This document shows positions 51,083 to 59,618 of a stretch of 64,000 nucleotides of DNA, one piece after another. Below the pieces are notes generated by a model. It had not been told where the DNA came from, searched no databases, and worked only from the letters and a program-made list of their open reading frames with translations. Both the position numbers and the translations under genes were made by a program. Numbering within the stretch: the stretch's first letter is position 1; each line of letters opens with the position of its first letter. The stretch is from an uncultured Bacilli bacterium (GTDB lineage Bacteria; Bacillota_I; Bacilli_A; RF39; UBA660), in the NCBI GenBank assembly GCA_944363785.1, contig CALVVF010000001.1:70176-134175 (forward strand), written 5' to 3'.

Positions 51083-52186
51083 ATGAGCGAATACCCTTCA
51101 GCATTGCCGAATCTATCGGAGTTCAAGGAATTGACAATAAAGGATATTTCAAAAGTAGATGATTATCTGTTCGTCGAATTTGAATGTGGTCAAAAATTAC
51201 TCATAGATCAAGAACGAGTGTATGATATTTCGGATTATGATAGTTTATCAGAAGTTTTTCTACTGGATGGGAGACTTTGTGCTGCTTTATGGAAAAAGCA
51301 TACTTTGTGTGCCGTCGATTTAGATTCAAAAGAAGTGTTATTAGAAGATGAAAAAGCATACCAAATTAGTCCAATTGAAAGCAGATGTTTAAAAGTGATG
51401 ATGAAGATTGGGGGTGGAGAAGATAAAATCTATGATACAGTGAGGAAAGCCTATCTACCCTCTCCTCTCGAATACAGGTTTGAGACGACACTAGGAAATG
51501 AATTATATGTATTTAAAGAAAAAAATTTAAAACCAGGAAGTAGTTTTTATGATGATAGAAGAATGGTTATTCATACGAACGGGAAAGTTCTTTTAAAAGA
51601 TATTCAAGGGTGGATTGAATATTATGATCATCATTTGATTATCAAAAAAGGAAATGGGTTGGAAGTGGTTACGATTCATCCGGATTTGACAACGACTATT
51701 CAAGAATACAAACAAAATGATTCTATTATCGCAAAACCTACTTATTATCAAGGAAATATTCTAATCCTAGAAAAAGGAAAAGTTAAACTTTATTCTTTAG
51801 ATTCAGAACTAATCAAAGAATATTCTCTTAAAGAGTTAACTGATGTCGTCGATTATGAACTTATCTCCCCTATTTTAAAGCTATGTGTACCATATGTAGA
51901 AAAGGGGAAACGGGTAAATCGTCATCTATTTTTAGATTTAGAGTCGGGAGAATTTATTTCACATCTTAGAATTGAAGGTTATCCTTATTGGTCTCCTACT
52001 ACATTCGTTAGACAAGATAGTCTATCTGATAGTATTGACTACCATTTTTATCGCTTAGAAAATAATCATTTTCTTTCCCCTATTCAAATAAAGGCTAACT
52101 CCTATCAATCTCTTGATGCAACGAAAGAATGCCTGTTTTTACTAGAAGTTCAAGAAGAAAACCAAATAAAGAAAAAAATTTCTTAA
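51083..52186 (+). CDS. Hypothetical protein (367 aa)
   Basis: AAGGAAGGAAG RBS precedes the ATG. No motif recognised. Confidence 0.4.
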   Translation: MSEYPSALPNLSEFKELTIKDISKVDDYLFVEFECGQKLLIDQERVYDISDYDSLSEVFLLDGRLCAALWKKHTLCAVDLDSKEVLLEDEKAYQISPIESRCLKVMMKIGGGEDKIYDTVRKAYLPSPLEYRFETTLGNELYVFKEKNLKPGSSFYDDRRMVIHTNGKVLLKDIQGWIEYYDHHLIIKKGNGLEVVTIHPDLTTTIQEYKQNDSIIAKPTYYQGNILILEKGKVKLYSLDSELIKEYSLKELTDVVDYELISPILKLCVPYVEKGKRVNRHLFLDLESGEFISHLRIEGYPYWSPTTFVRQDSLSDSIDYHFYRLENNHFLSPIQIKANSYQSLDATKECLFLLEVQEENQIKKKIS

Positions 52187-52244
52187 TACCGAAACTGGAT
52201 TAGTTCAAGATGTTGACTATGATTTTATTTATTTTGGTCCATCT

Positions 52245-52748
52245 TTGTCTTATGGTTATGGGGTAAAACTAGATCGTGAAAAGATGGATTTCTTTGATGA
52301 AAATTTAAATATCCTTATTTCTGATTTTCCATATTCCAAATTTTATTTAAATGTCTACCCTAGAGAATTTGCCTATGAGATTGTCGGCGACTATGTAATT
52401 ATTCAAAAGTATTATAGTTTAGAATTTGATCGCGGAAAGCACCGAGTCATTCTCTATAAAGCGGATAATACGACAATTTTAGATTCCTTTAGTCACCGTC
52501 TTTATCCAATTGGAGACTTTATCCAAATTGTTCATGATAGGAGAAGTGAGTTTTTGAACACAGTAACGGGAGAAATCAAGCCACTAAGTATTTCTGTACC
52601 ACTTACTAATATGAAGAATGGGAAAATAGATATTGACAAGTTAAATCAGCCAAAACTACTCTTTTCAGCCAACACCCCTCTGTTCCCTGTTTTGGAGACT
52701 AACGGAAATCCGGAAGAAAACATCAAACAAAAATGTAAAAAACTCTAA
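52245..52748 (+). CDS. Hypothetical protein (167 aa)
   Basis: ORF only. Composition resembles the upstream gene. Confidence 0.35.
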   Translation: MSYGYGVKLDREKMDFFDENLNILISDFPYSKFYLNVYPREFAYEIVGDYVIIQKYYSLEFDRGKHRVILYKADNTTILDSFSHRLYPIGDFIQIVHDRRSEFLNTVTGEIKPLSISVPLTNMKNGKIDIDKLNQPKLLFSANTPLFPVLETNGNPEENIKQKCKKL

Positions 52749-52787
52749 CTAAACACTATGGTTAGAGTTTTTGATTAGATAACAAGT

Positions 52788-54347
52788 TTATTTTAACTTT
52801 TTTTGGTAAGCACTTATTGCTTCCTCTAATTCTTTATCTGACTCTTCTTTAGCAAATATACCCGTCAAGTTTAAAGTTTCCAGTACACTATTCATATTAT
52901 AATTAGGTAAATTCGTAGTAATTTCTATCATCGCTTGATCAATCGCTTGATTCTTGTTTTCCAAAGTTTTTTCTACTAAGTAATCCGCAATTAAATATTG
53001 ATAACCATTTAATATATCTATTCCATCAATCAAAAAAGCATTTATATAATCATCACACTCTCCATCTACTTCTTTATCATAATCTAAAGGTTCTATTTCT
53101 AAAACAAATGAATCTCTGATTGAAATCTGATAATCTTCAGAAAGTTTCAATAGTTCTTTTTTAGCTTCAAGCATCGCTTCTACTTTTCTTTTTGAAGAAG
53201 CAATTTTTTCTTCACGACGAATTGGTTTCCCTCTACCATAGCTGTTGATATCCAAAAACAAATCAGCTAATGTACAATATAGATCATAATTATTTTTTTG
53301 ACGAGATAATAAATATTCCACTACTTCAGGATCATATCCCCTAGTAATTAAATATTGACCGGCTACTCTTTCATAATAAATAGATGGGTATTCCAATAGG
53401 GAATATGGACCTTGTCCTTTTTGGAGCGATATATAATGAGCAAATTCATGAACTAAATTCAAGAATGTTTTAGCATGATCATAATCGGTTATTTTTAACT
53501 TATAAGCTTGATCTTCTTGATCGAAATAACAGGCAGAATGATTTTTACCATCTTCACCTACTTTTTCATAAATAATATAGTTCTTTTCTTTTAAAGAAAA
53601 ATATAACGAGATCCATTCTTCTGGCACATGAATTTGTTTCAAGAAATCGATAAGTAAATTTTCTGCTTGAGCTGAAGATAATTGAGGAATAGATATTTCT
53701 TTATCTTGATTATCCTCCGAAAGGAAAGACTTAACGAAATTCGTACGCATTTTATATAATATATCATCCATGGTAGTAAAAAAGTCAAGATCATCCTCTT
53801 TAAACATATCTACAGTAAGCTCTAGTAGATAATTATAAACATTAAAACGCTCTGTCTGTTGTAACCAATCAAATAGTTGTTCCTGATTGTTGCGTGTTTT
53901 TAAAAAGGTAGTTAACTCAGTAAATTGATGTTTATTGTCAAAATATTTGAGCGCAATTAGTGTATATAAATCATCTTCTGCATGGTTCGGAAGTAAAAGA
54001 AAAGGGGAAGCTTCTTCATTGACTAAAAGCTTTTTAGACAATAGTTGAATATATAGTGCTGGCATAAGTTCTGGTTGATTAAAGATAGCAAGATATTCTG
54101 GATTACTGATTAGTCGTTCTACTACATAATCAAACAAATCATCGAATTGTTTGACAATATAAGTATTGTTGTCCTCTACTTTTATTTTATCAGGACTGTG
54201 ATGATCGATAATTATTGTCGAATCAACAGAAGTATTAAACAACAATCGATTTGTTTTGATCATGTTAATTATATTTTCTATTTCTGCTTCCTCTTCTTCA
54301 GGATAATATAGATTTATTTTATCAATAGTTTTTAATTTCATTGTCAT
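52788..54347 (-). CDS. HExxH-motif putative zinc metallopeptidase-like protein (519 aa)
   Basis: LVHEFAHYIS (HExxH) in a largely helical protein. AAAGGAG RBS precedes ATG 54347. Immediately downstream of the sigma gene on the same strand. Confidence 0.4.
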   Translation of the reverse strand: MTMKLKTIDKINLYYPEEEEAEIENIINMIKTNRLLFNTSVDSTIIIDHHSPDKIKVEDNNTYIVKQFDDLFDYVVERLISNPEYLAIFNQPELMPALYIQLLSKKLLVNEEASPFLLLPNHAEDDLYTLIALKYFDNKHQFTELTTFLKTRNNQEQLFDWLQQTERFNVYNYLLELTVDMFKEDDLDFFTTMDDILYKMRTNFVKSFLSEDNQDKEISIPQLSSAQAENLLIDFLKQIHVPEEWISLYFSLKEKNYIIYEKVGEDGKNHSACYFDQEDQAYKLKITDYDHAKTFLNLVHEFAHYISLQKGQGPYSLLEYPSIYYERVAGQYLITRGYDPEVVEYLLSRQKNNYDLYCTLADLFLDINSYGRGKPIRREEKIASSKRKVEAMLEAKKELLKLSEDYQISIRDSFVLEIEPLDYDKEVDGECDDYINAFLIDGIDILNGYQYLIADYLVEKTLENKNQAIDQAMIEITTNLPNYNMNSVLETLNLTGIFAKEESDKELEEAISAYQKKLK

Positions 54348-54471
54348 AGCAACTCCTTTTTGGTCCGTATTATACTCCCATTTTTTGAAAAAGGTAAGAA
54401 AGCAAAAAAACATAATCATTTTCCTTCATACAGCGAACAAAGATGGAATAGTTAAACGACTAATCTTTTCA

Positions 54472-56106
54472 TTATGACAAAGTTTTTTTCTTCTGTTTTT
54501 CCTTATCCTTACAACAAGAATGATTTTTGTATTCTGTAGAGCTATTAACTTTTTCCTCTAAGAGATTAATATTATAGTTTAAGAGTAGTGATTCTTTTTC
54601 TTCCTGAGTAAGATGAGAAGCAATAAAGTTAAGCTCTTCTTCACTATAAAACTTAAACAATTGAGAAATTAGTTTCAATTTCTCTGTACTTTCTTTGATA
54701 GATAAAACCCCATTTAATTTTTCATCCGTAATTTTTTCTAAAGTATCGAGAGTTTTTTTGTTCACATTTGGTTTTTGATATAGTGTCCTACAAATTTTAA
54801 TATTTTCTACTGCGCGTTCTGGATTATCTAAATAAAATGCCAATCGATCAATGTTTTTTAATCGTCTTAATTTCTTAATGGCCCCAGCTTCTATTTGATA
54901 TACTCGTTGGCCACTTAGATGGAGCATATCTCCAATTTGATAAGCAGAAAGCGGATCATCGCCACCAAAGCCATATTTCAAACGAATAATTTCTCTTTCC
55001 TTATTATTTAGGTTACTATTTTCTAATAATTGTGTTACCTCGTTTTGTAAAGTGGCAGTGATTAGTTTACCCTCCATTCCTTCTTCTGGTATTGAAACAA
55101 AATCTTCTAATGTCGAATCTCCCTGACCATCAACAAAATTTTGCATGCTAATGGTATCAGATTGCAACATATGTAATTTCGCCGCTTCATCTAAAGAAAT
55201 CTCTAATTTCTGAGCAATTTCATCTAAAGTGGGCTCTCTATTTAATTTTTCTTGTAAAATAGCTTGTGCTTTTCTATATTTATCAATCTTTTGACCAAAA
55301 TAAACAGAAATACGAATATTTTTGGCCTTATTGGATAAAGCCCTTCTAATGGCCTGATGAATAGAAGGAACAGCATAAGACGACAAACGATACCCTTTTT
55401 CTACATCAAAATGATCTATAGCCTTCATTAAACCAATATTTCCTTCTTGAATTAAATCCATAAAAGATAGTCCACAATCAAGATAGTGTTTAGCAATACT
55501 AATCACTAATCTTAAGTTTTTCTCGATTAATATTTTTCTAGCTTCTTGATTACCGTCTCGAAGCATATAAGCCAATTCTTTCTCTTCCTCTGGAGTTAAC
55601 AATACTTTATCTAACGACAAAATATATGTTCTCAACAAATCCGTTTTATCATCAAGTTCAGGAACTACTTCTTTTTCTCTAAAATCTTCATTTTCCTGAA
55701 TAGTATCCATTTTGATACCATGAGATAGACAATAACAATCAACGAGAGATAAAATCACACTATTTTTTAACTTGTCACTACTTTTATTATTTTTTTGTGG
55801 AGCATTATTCGTTTCTACTACTATCTTTAAAAGAGAATTTAAAAGAGAATTACATTCTAGTACCAATTCCCACATATCAGGAGCGGGAGTAAGCTTAATC
55901 TCCTCAAAAAAAGCAGCTAGTTTTTCTAACTCTTTTAAAGCAGCTGGGTAAGAAGAAGCTTCACGCAAATTTTTATTTATATAGCGACAAACAATAGTTA
56001 AAAATAACTTAGGGTTTTCCATATTCGTTTTTATGTAGTCACAAAGCCTCTTTTTCATATTGGCAATAAAGAGCTCTTCAAAATTAGTTTTCTTTGAAGA
56101 TTTCAT
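54472..56106 (-). CDS. Extended, divergent SigA-like (sigma-70 family) sigma factor, 544 aa
   Basis: Regions 1.2-2.4 (LTPEEEKELAYMLRDGNQEARKILIEKNLRLVISIAKHY...DLIQEGNIGLMKAIDHFDVEKGYRLSSY), region 3 (IRISVYF...LDEIAQKLEIS) and region 4.2 (LSAYQIGDMLHLSGQRVYQIEAGAIKKLRR). About 170-aa N-terminal and ~130-aa C-terminal extensions. Region 2.3 reads AVPSIHQA in place of the WWIRQA tryptophans. Confidence 0.7.
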   Translation of the reverse strand: MKSSKKTNFEELFIANMKKRLCDYIKTNMENPKLFLTIVCRYINKNLREASSYPAALKELEKLAAFFEEIKLTPAPDMWELVLECNSLLNSLLKIVVETNNAPQKNNKSSDKLKNSVILSLVDCYCLSHGIKMDTIQENEDFREKEVVPELDDKTDLLRTYILSLDKVLLTPEEEKELAYMLRDGNQEARKILIEKNLRLVISIAKHYLDCGLSFMDLIQEGNIGLMKAIDHFDVEKGYRLSSYAVPSIHQAIRRALSNKAKNIRISVYFGQKIDKYRKAQAILQEKLNREPTLDEIAQKLEISLDEAAKLHMLQSDTISMQNFVDGQGDSTLEDFVSIPEEGMEGKLITATLQNEVTQLLENSNLNNKEREIIRLKYGFGGDDPLSAYQIGDMLHLSGQRVYQIEAGAIKKLRRLKNIDRLAFYLDNPERAVENIKICRTLYQKPNVNKKTLDTLEKITDEKLNGVLSIKESTEKLKLISQLFKFYSEEELNFIASHLTQEEKESLLLNYNINLLEEKVNSSTEYKNHSCCKDKEKQKKKTLS

Positions 56107-56118
56107 TGCTTTTATACT

Positions 56119-56277
56119 TCATTTTATCGCTTGATAGGTAAGCAGTTCGTATTGTTTCTGATCTATATCCACTGTAAGATAATCATATTTTTTATTGATC
56201 TTTTTGATCGTCGGTAATAGATATTGATATAATTGCTCGGCGGTATAAGTACTCATTTTTTCTATGTCAAACTTCAT
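56119..56277 (-). CDS. Candidate 52-aa micro-ORF upstream of the sigma gene (MKFDIEKMSTYTAEQLYQYLLPTIKKINKKYDYLTVDIDQKQYELLTYQAIK)
   Basis: GAGGGGA RBS 6 nt before the ATG. The stop TGA lies 12 nt upstream of the sigma ATG. Not in the track because it is under the length cutoff. Confidence 0.35.
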   Translation of the reverse strand: MKFDIEKMSTYTAEQLYQYLLPTIKKINKKYDYLTVDIDQKQYELLTYQAIK

Positions 56278-56364
56278 TAGTATCCCCTCTTCAATCGTAA
56301 ATTTTATTGATTATTCTATGTTGTCCACCATAATATTTTTTAATATAAGTTCTTATTCCAAGCG

Positions 56365-56391
56365 AAAAATCAATCTTGGGGATTGATTTTT
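56365..56391. promoter_or_regulatory. Perfect inverted repeat AAAAATCAATC-N5-GATTGATTTTT between the 56460 gene and the sigma operon
   Basis: 11-bp arms. Could be a terminator stem for the upstream minus-strand gene or an operator. Confidence 0.4.
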
Positions 56392-56459
56392 TCCATACTT
56401 AAACCATATTTATTATGGTAAAACAATAGCCAATATACCTAGATAGTTAACTATCTTTC

Positions 56460-57365
56460 TTAAAAAATAGTTTTCTTTAGTACTGGCCCTTTTTCTTCTT
56501 CTACCCACATCTTCTCTGGACTCATAAATTCGTTATTTTGTGATAAGAAAAGTGTATTTTTTGAGTCTATTGAATTAGCTTTTTGATTTTGAAGAAGACG
56601 ATCTTGCCTAATCTCACCTATAACCTTTTGTAACTTTTCATCATGACCAAAGTTAAACGGATATACAATGAATTTTTTATCTTGAGCATCCTCTTCACTC
56701 ATTGTTTCATAAGGACAAATAGCATCCTTGTTTTCTTCGGCTAAAATAACTCGATCAACGCGACTATTCGGATTAGAAATACCGATAATCGCAACATTTC
56801 TTCCATCCACTTTACCAATACGATAAGAACCAGAAGTTACTGCATTTAGTTTCTTTACTTCTTCTAATGTATAAGCAAGAGGAACTAATTTTTCATGTTC
56901 AATTAAAAATAAGCTCTGATCTACAATAATTGGATCTCTTCCATTAAAGCCAACCAATTTTTCATCTTCACTTTTTCTATGAGCAAAAAAAACGGCACAA
57001 ACTAGTTGTTGATGTTTTTCTACCATTCTTGCATATTGTTCTTTTTCTTCAGCTGTCATCGGAATAAGTGTTTCTTGTACTTCTTTATCTTCTTCAATCG
57101 CTTTATTCAATTTTGCACTTACCATCATAGCATTTAATAAATTAACACCTGGTATAAATAACAAAAGGACTTTTAATCCATGGTTATTTCCTTTTTTCTT
57201 CATTTCTTCTGCTTGCTTCTTTTGTAAAATGGTTAACGCATTTATATCGAATTTATATCCTTTTTTCATAGAATTTAAAATAATCTTCTCTGCCGTACCA
57301 AACACTATTTTTTTACATCCTATAATCGTAGCAATTTCTACAATTATCCCTAAAAATATATACAT
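56460..57365 (-). CDS. Hypothetical membrane-anchored protein (301 aa)
   Basis: GGAGAGAAGGAG RBS precedes ATG 57365. N-terminal TM helix. Confidence 0.4.
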   Translation of the reverse strand: MYIFLGIIVEIATIIGCKKIVFGTAEKIILNSMKKGYKFDINALTILQKKQAEEMKKKGNNHGLKVLLLFIPGVNLLNAMMVSAKLNKAIEEDKEVQETLIPMTAEEKEQYARMVEKHQQLVCAVFFAHRKSEDEKLVGFNGRDPIIVDQSLFLIEHEKLVPLAYTLEEVKKLNAVTSGSYRIGKVDGRNVAIIGISNPNSRVDRVILAEENKDAICPYETMSEEDAQDKKFIVYPFNFGHDEKLQKVIGEIRQDRLLQNQKANSIDSKNTLFLSQNNEFMSPEKMWVEEEKGPVLKKTIF

Positions 57366-57596
57366 ATTAACTCCTTCTCTCCTAATAATTCTGTCGATTT
57401 GACAACTAGTATAACACAATATGTCATAAATAACTAATATTTTCTAATTTTTATAGTACAAATCTCTTTCATCGCACTTTTTAAAACCAATAATTTGTTT
57501 CCTTTTTAAACATTATCTTTTCTTAGTATTATAGCTAACGAATTAGCTAAAGAAAAAGTAGCAATATGTTCAAACATATTCATGCCACTTTGTAAG

Positions 57597-57806
57597 TTAA
57601 GATAAAGGTTTTATTTTTCTTTTTAAAATAGGACCTACTTCAGAATTTTGTTTTAAAGAAACATCTTCTTCATTTTCCATTATACTCTGTAATTTTGAAA
57701 TAAGACTATCGTATTTGTGATCATTGTTGGCAATTAATGCCTTTACTTTCTCATTCAAATCAATTACTACTGTACTATAAGCATTGCCGAATGCACTAAC
57801 ATTCAT
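57597..57806 (-). CDS. Small ORF (69 aa) in frame with and downstream of the endonuclease-like gene
   Basis: Same reading frame as 57936..58691. The 43 intervening codons carry no stop. Possibly the C-terminal part of a gene broken by one TAA. Confidence 0.3.
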   Translation of the reverse strand: MNVSAFGNAYSTVVIDLNEKVKALIANNDHKYDSLISKLQSIMENEEDVSLKQNSEVGPILKRKIKPLS

Positions 57807-57935
57807 AAAATTAACAATAGAATTTGGCGCAATTTCACAGATTCCTTTATAAACAAATTCCCATAAACTTTCGCCTTTTAAATGGTCAAAATCATATTAT
57901 ACATATTTACCGTTATCCGTCAAGTCCTTATAAAT

Positions 57936-58691
57936 TTAGTGTTCATATAAATACACTCGCTCGAAAAGTTCCCCTACTTTAGATTTTTTGATTTGAAATT
58001 TCATACTTTGACTAGTATTTTTACCAAAGTTTTTACTACTCTTAGAAAATGTTAAAATTAATGTTGCTTTTACATATCCATGAGTTAAACAATGAATAAA
58101 TGCATCCATTCCTTTATAGCGATAACATTCTAACTTATAATACCTAAAGAATAAATCATCCTCCATCTTTTTCCTACTTACATAAAATAGGGCTAATTTA
58201 CTTAACTTGACTCGCATTCTTTGTTCTATAGAATCAAAATAGATAAATGCTCTATCCTCTATAAAATTCATATCGATATCATAGATCCTTATTAAAATTC
58301 TTTTTTGATCATGGTCAATTAGTAATTCGAAATAATATCTGCCGGATACTAATACCTTTTGATTTATTCTTAAAAAGACGATCAATTTGCGATATTCAGG
58401 AAACTCTTTATCTCTTTCTCCATAAGTTTCTAAAAGATAGTTACTTTCAAATAAATTTGGCCCATCAAAAGCTAGAGAAAACAAGCTGATATCATATCCA
58501 CTATATCGTCGTGTCGTTTTTATTTCGATACCTTCATAATCAGGGAAAAACATACTGTCTGGTTTTTTTCCAAGATAATTCTCTAAAGTTAAACCGGCTG
58601 CGTTATACAAATTACGACTGACACTAGGAATGTATCCTCGGCGATTCAATATTAAAAATTCTTCTATTATGTTTTGAAATTCTGTTTCCAT
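57936..58691 (-). CDS. MvaI/BcnI-like restriction endonuclease family protein (251 aa), possibly disrupted
   Basis: N-terminal RGYIPSVSRNLYNAAGLTLENYLGKKPDSMFFPDYEGIEIKTTRR resembles the MvaI/BcnI (GDxGExELKxxR) catalytic N-terminus. The stop TAA at 57936-57938 is followed by an open in-frame stretch continuing into ORF 57597..57806. Confidence 0.45.
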   Translation of the reverse strand: METEFQNIIEEFLILNRRGYIPSVSRNLYNAAGLTLENYLGKKPDSMFFPDYEGIEIKTTRRYSGYDISLFSLAFDGPNLFESNYLLETYGERDKEFPEYRKLIVFLRINQKVLVSGRYYFELLIDHDQKRILIRIYDIDMNFIEDRAFIYFDSIEQRMRVKLSKLALFYVSRKKMEDDLFFRYYKLECYRYKGMDAFIHCLTHGYVKATLILTFSKSSKNFGKNTSQSMKFQIKKSKVGELFERVYLYEH

Positions 58692-58794
58692 AATCCACCT
58701 CTTTTTTTGGTAGACTATCTTAACAGTTGGTTAGAGTATAATTTGTCGTTTCAAGTCGACAGCTTGAACTATAATAATCAGGACGGTCATAGGT

Positions 58795-58822
58795 ACGAAA
58801 AAAAGACCCGTAAAGGTCTTTT
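58795..58822 (-). terminator. Rho-independent terminator downstream of the tRNA pair
   Basis: On the minus strand: AAAGACC-TTTACG-GGTCTTT followed by T7. Confidence 0.7.
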
Positions 58823-58832
58823 AATTCAATAT

Positions 58833-58917
58833 ATGGTGCGGGTAACAGGAGTTGAACCTGCAAACCTTACGGTGCTAGATCCTAAGTCTAGTGCGTCTGC
58901 CAATTCCGCCATACCCG
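58833..58917 (-). tRNA. tRNA-Leu (anticodon UAG), 85 nt with long variable arm, CCA encoded
   Basis: Minus-strand sequence GCGGGTATGGCGGAATTGGCAGACGCACTAGACTTAGGATCTAGC...GGTTCAACTCCTGTTACCCGCACCA. Perfect anticodon stem CTAGA/TCTAG with loop CTTAGGA. T-loop TTCAACT. Confidence 0.85.
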
Positions 58918-58925
58918 CATATCGC

Positions 58926-59002
58926 ATGGTGGACCCTATAGGACTCGAACCTATGACCGATCGGTTATGAGCCGACTACTCTAACCAACTGAGTTAAGGG
59001 TC
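58926..59002 (-). tRNA. tRNA with CAU anticodon; acceptor and anticodon arms resemble Bacillus tRNA-Ile2 (lysidine) rather than tRNA-Met/fMet
   Basis: GGACCCTTAACTCAGTTGGTTAGAGTAGTCGGCTCATAACCGATCGGTCATAGGTTCGAGTCCTATAGGGTCCACCA. 77 nt. CCA encoded. Confidence 0.8.
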
Positions 59003-59068
59003 CAATCAATGACTTCTTAATCATATCATATTCACGAATGAGATGCAAGATATTTTTGATTAATTTTT

Positions 59069-59491
59069 TTACTTATTCAACATATTCAATAAATTAACCT
59101 TAAACATATCTTTTTCTGGATTACTTTTAGAAATCATCACGCCTTTATAAGTGGATAATTCAGCTCGATGTCCCTCATCTAATATGCCCTCTGGTGTAAT
59201 ATTCGTTAAAAAAATAACATGCTTATTCTCATAAACTGTATAATGCAAACGCATCACACCATGAACTTTTTGGAACAACTCATCAGTTGGCAATTCTAAC
59301 TCATAAGATTTAGTATTTTCTTTCTTATTTTCCGTTGTTAGCTTACCCAAAAAATTACCATCACGTAAAGCCGGATAATAATTAAACATCAATTTCTTAT
59401 AAGCCAACATGTTATACTTACGAACTGATCTTTCTTTTTTCCGGAATTCATTTTCATCCAAATATTCAAATATATAGGTCTGTTTCATCAT
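59069..59491 (-). CDS. Hypothetical protein (140 aa), weak RelE/Gp49-like C-terminal resemblance
   Basis: MRLHYTVYENKHVIFLTNI resembles the RelE/ParE-fold toxin C-termini. No antitoxin-like partner is adjacent. Confidence 0.3.
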   Translation of the reverse strand: MMKQTYIFEYLDENEFRKKERSVRKYNMLAYKKLMFNYYPALRDGNFLGKLTTENKKENTKSYELELPTDELFQKVHGVMRLHYTVYENKHVIFLTNITPEGILDEGHRAELSTYKGVMISKSNPEKDMFKVNLLNMLNK

Positions 59492-59618
59492 ATTCAACCC
59501 CAATCCCCTGAAAATCCTTGACCCCCAATAGTACAAGGTATGCTCAATATTATCATAAAATAACTAAAATTGCAAACTTTTCGTAAAAAAAATGTACAAA
59601 AAAAGACCTATTTTGTTA

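Noticed and set aside
58674-58970. 98-aa plus-strand ORF
   Set aside because: It overlaps both tRNA genes and the terminator hairpin. Not coding.
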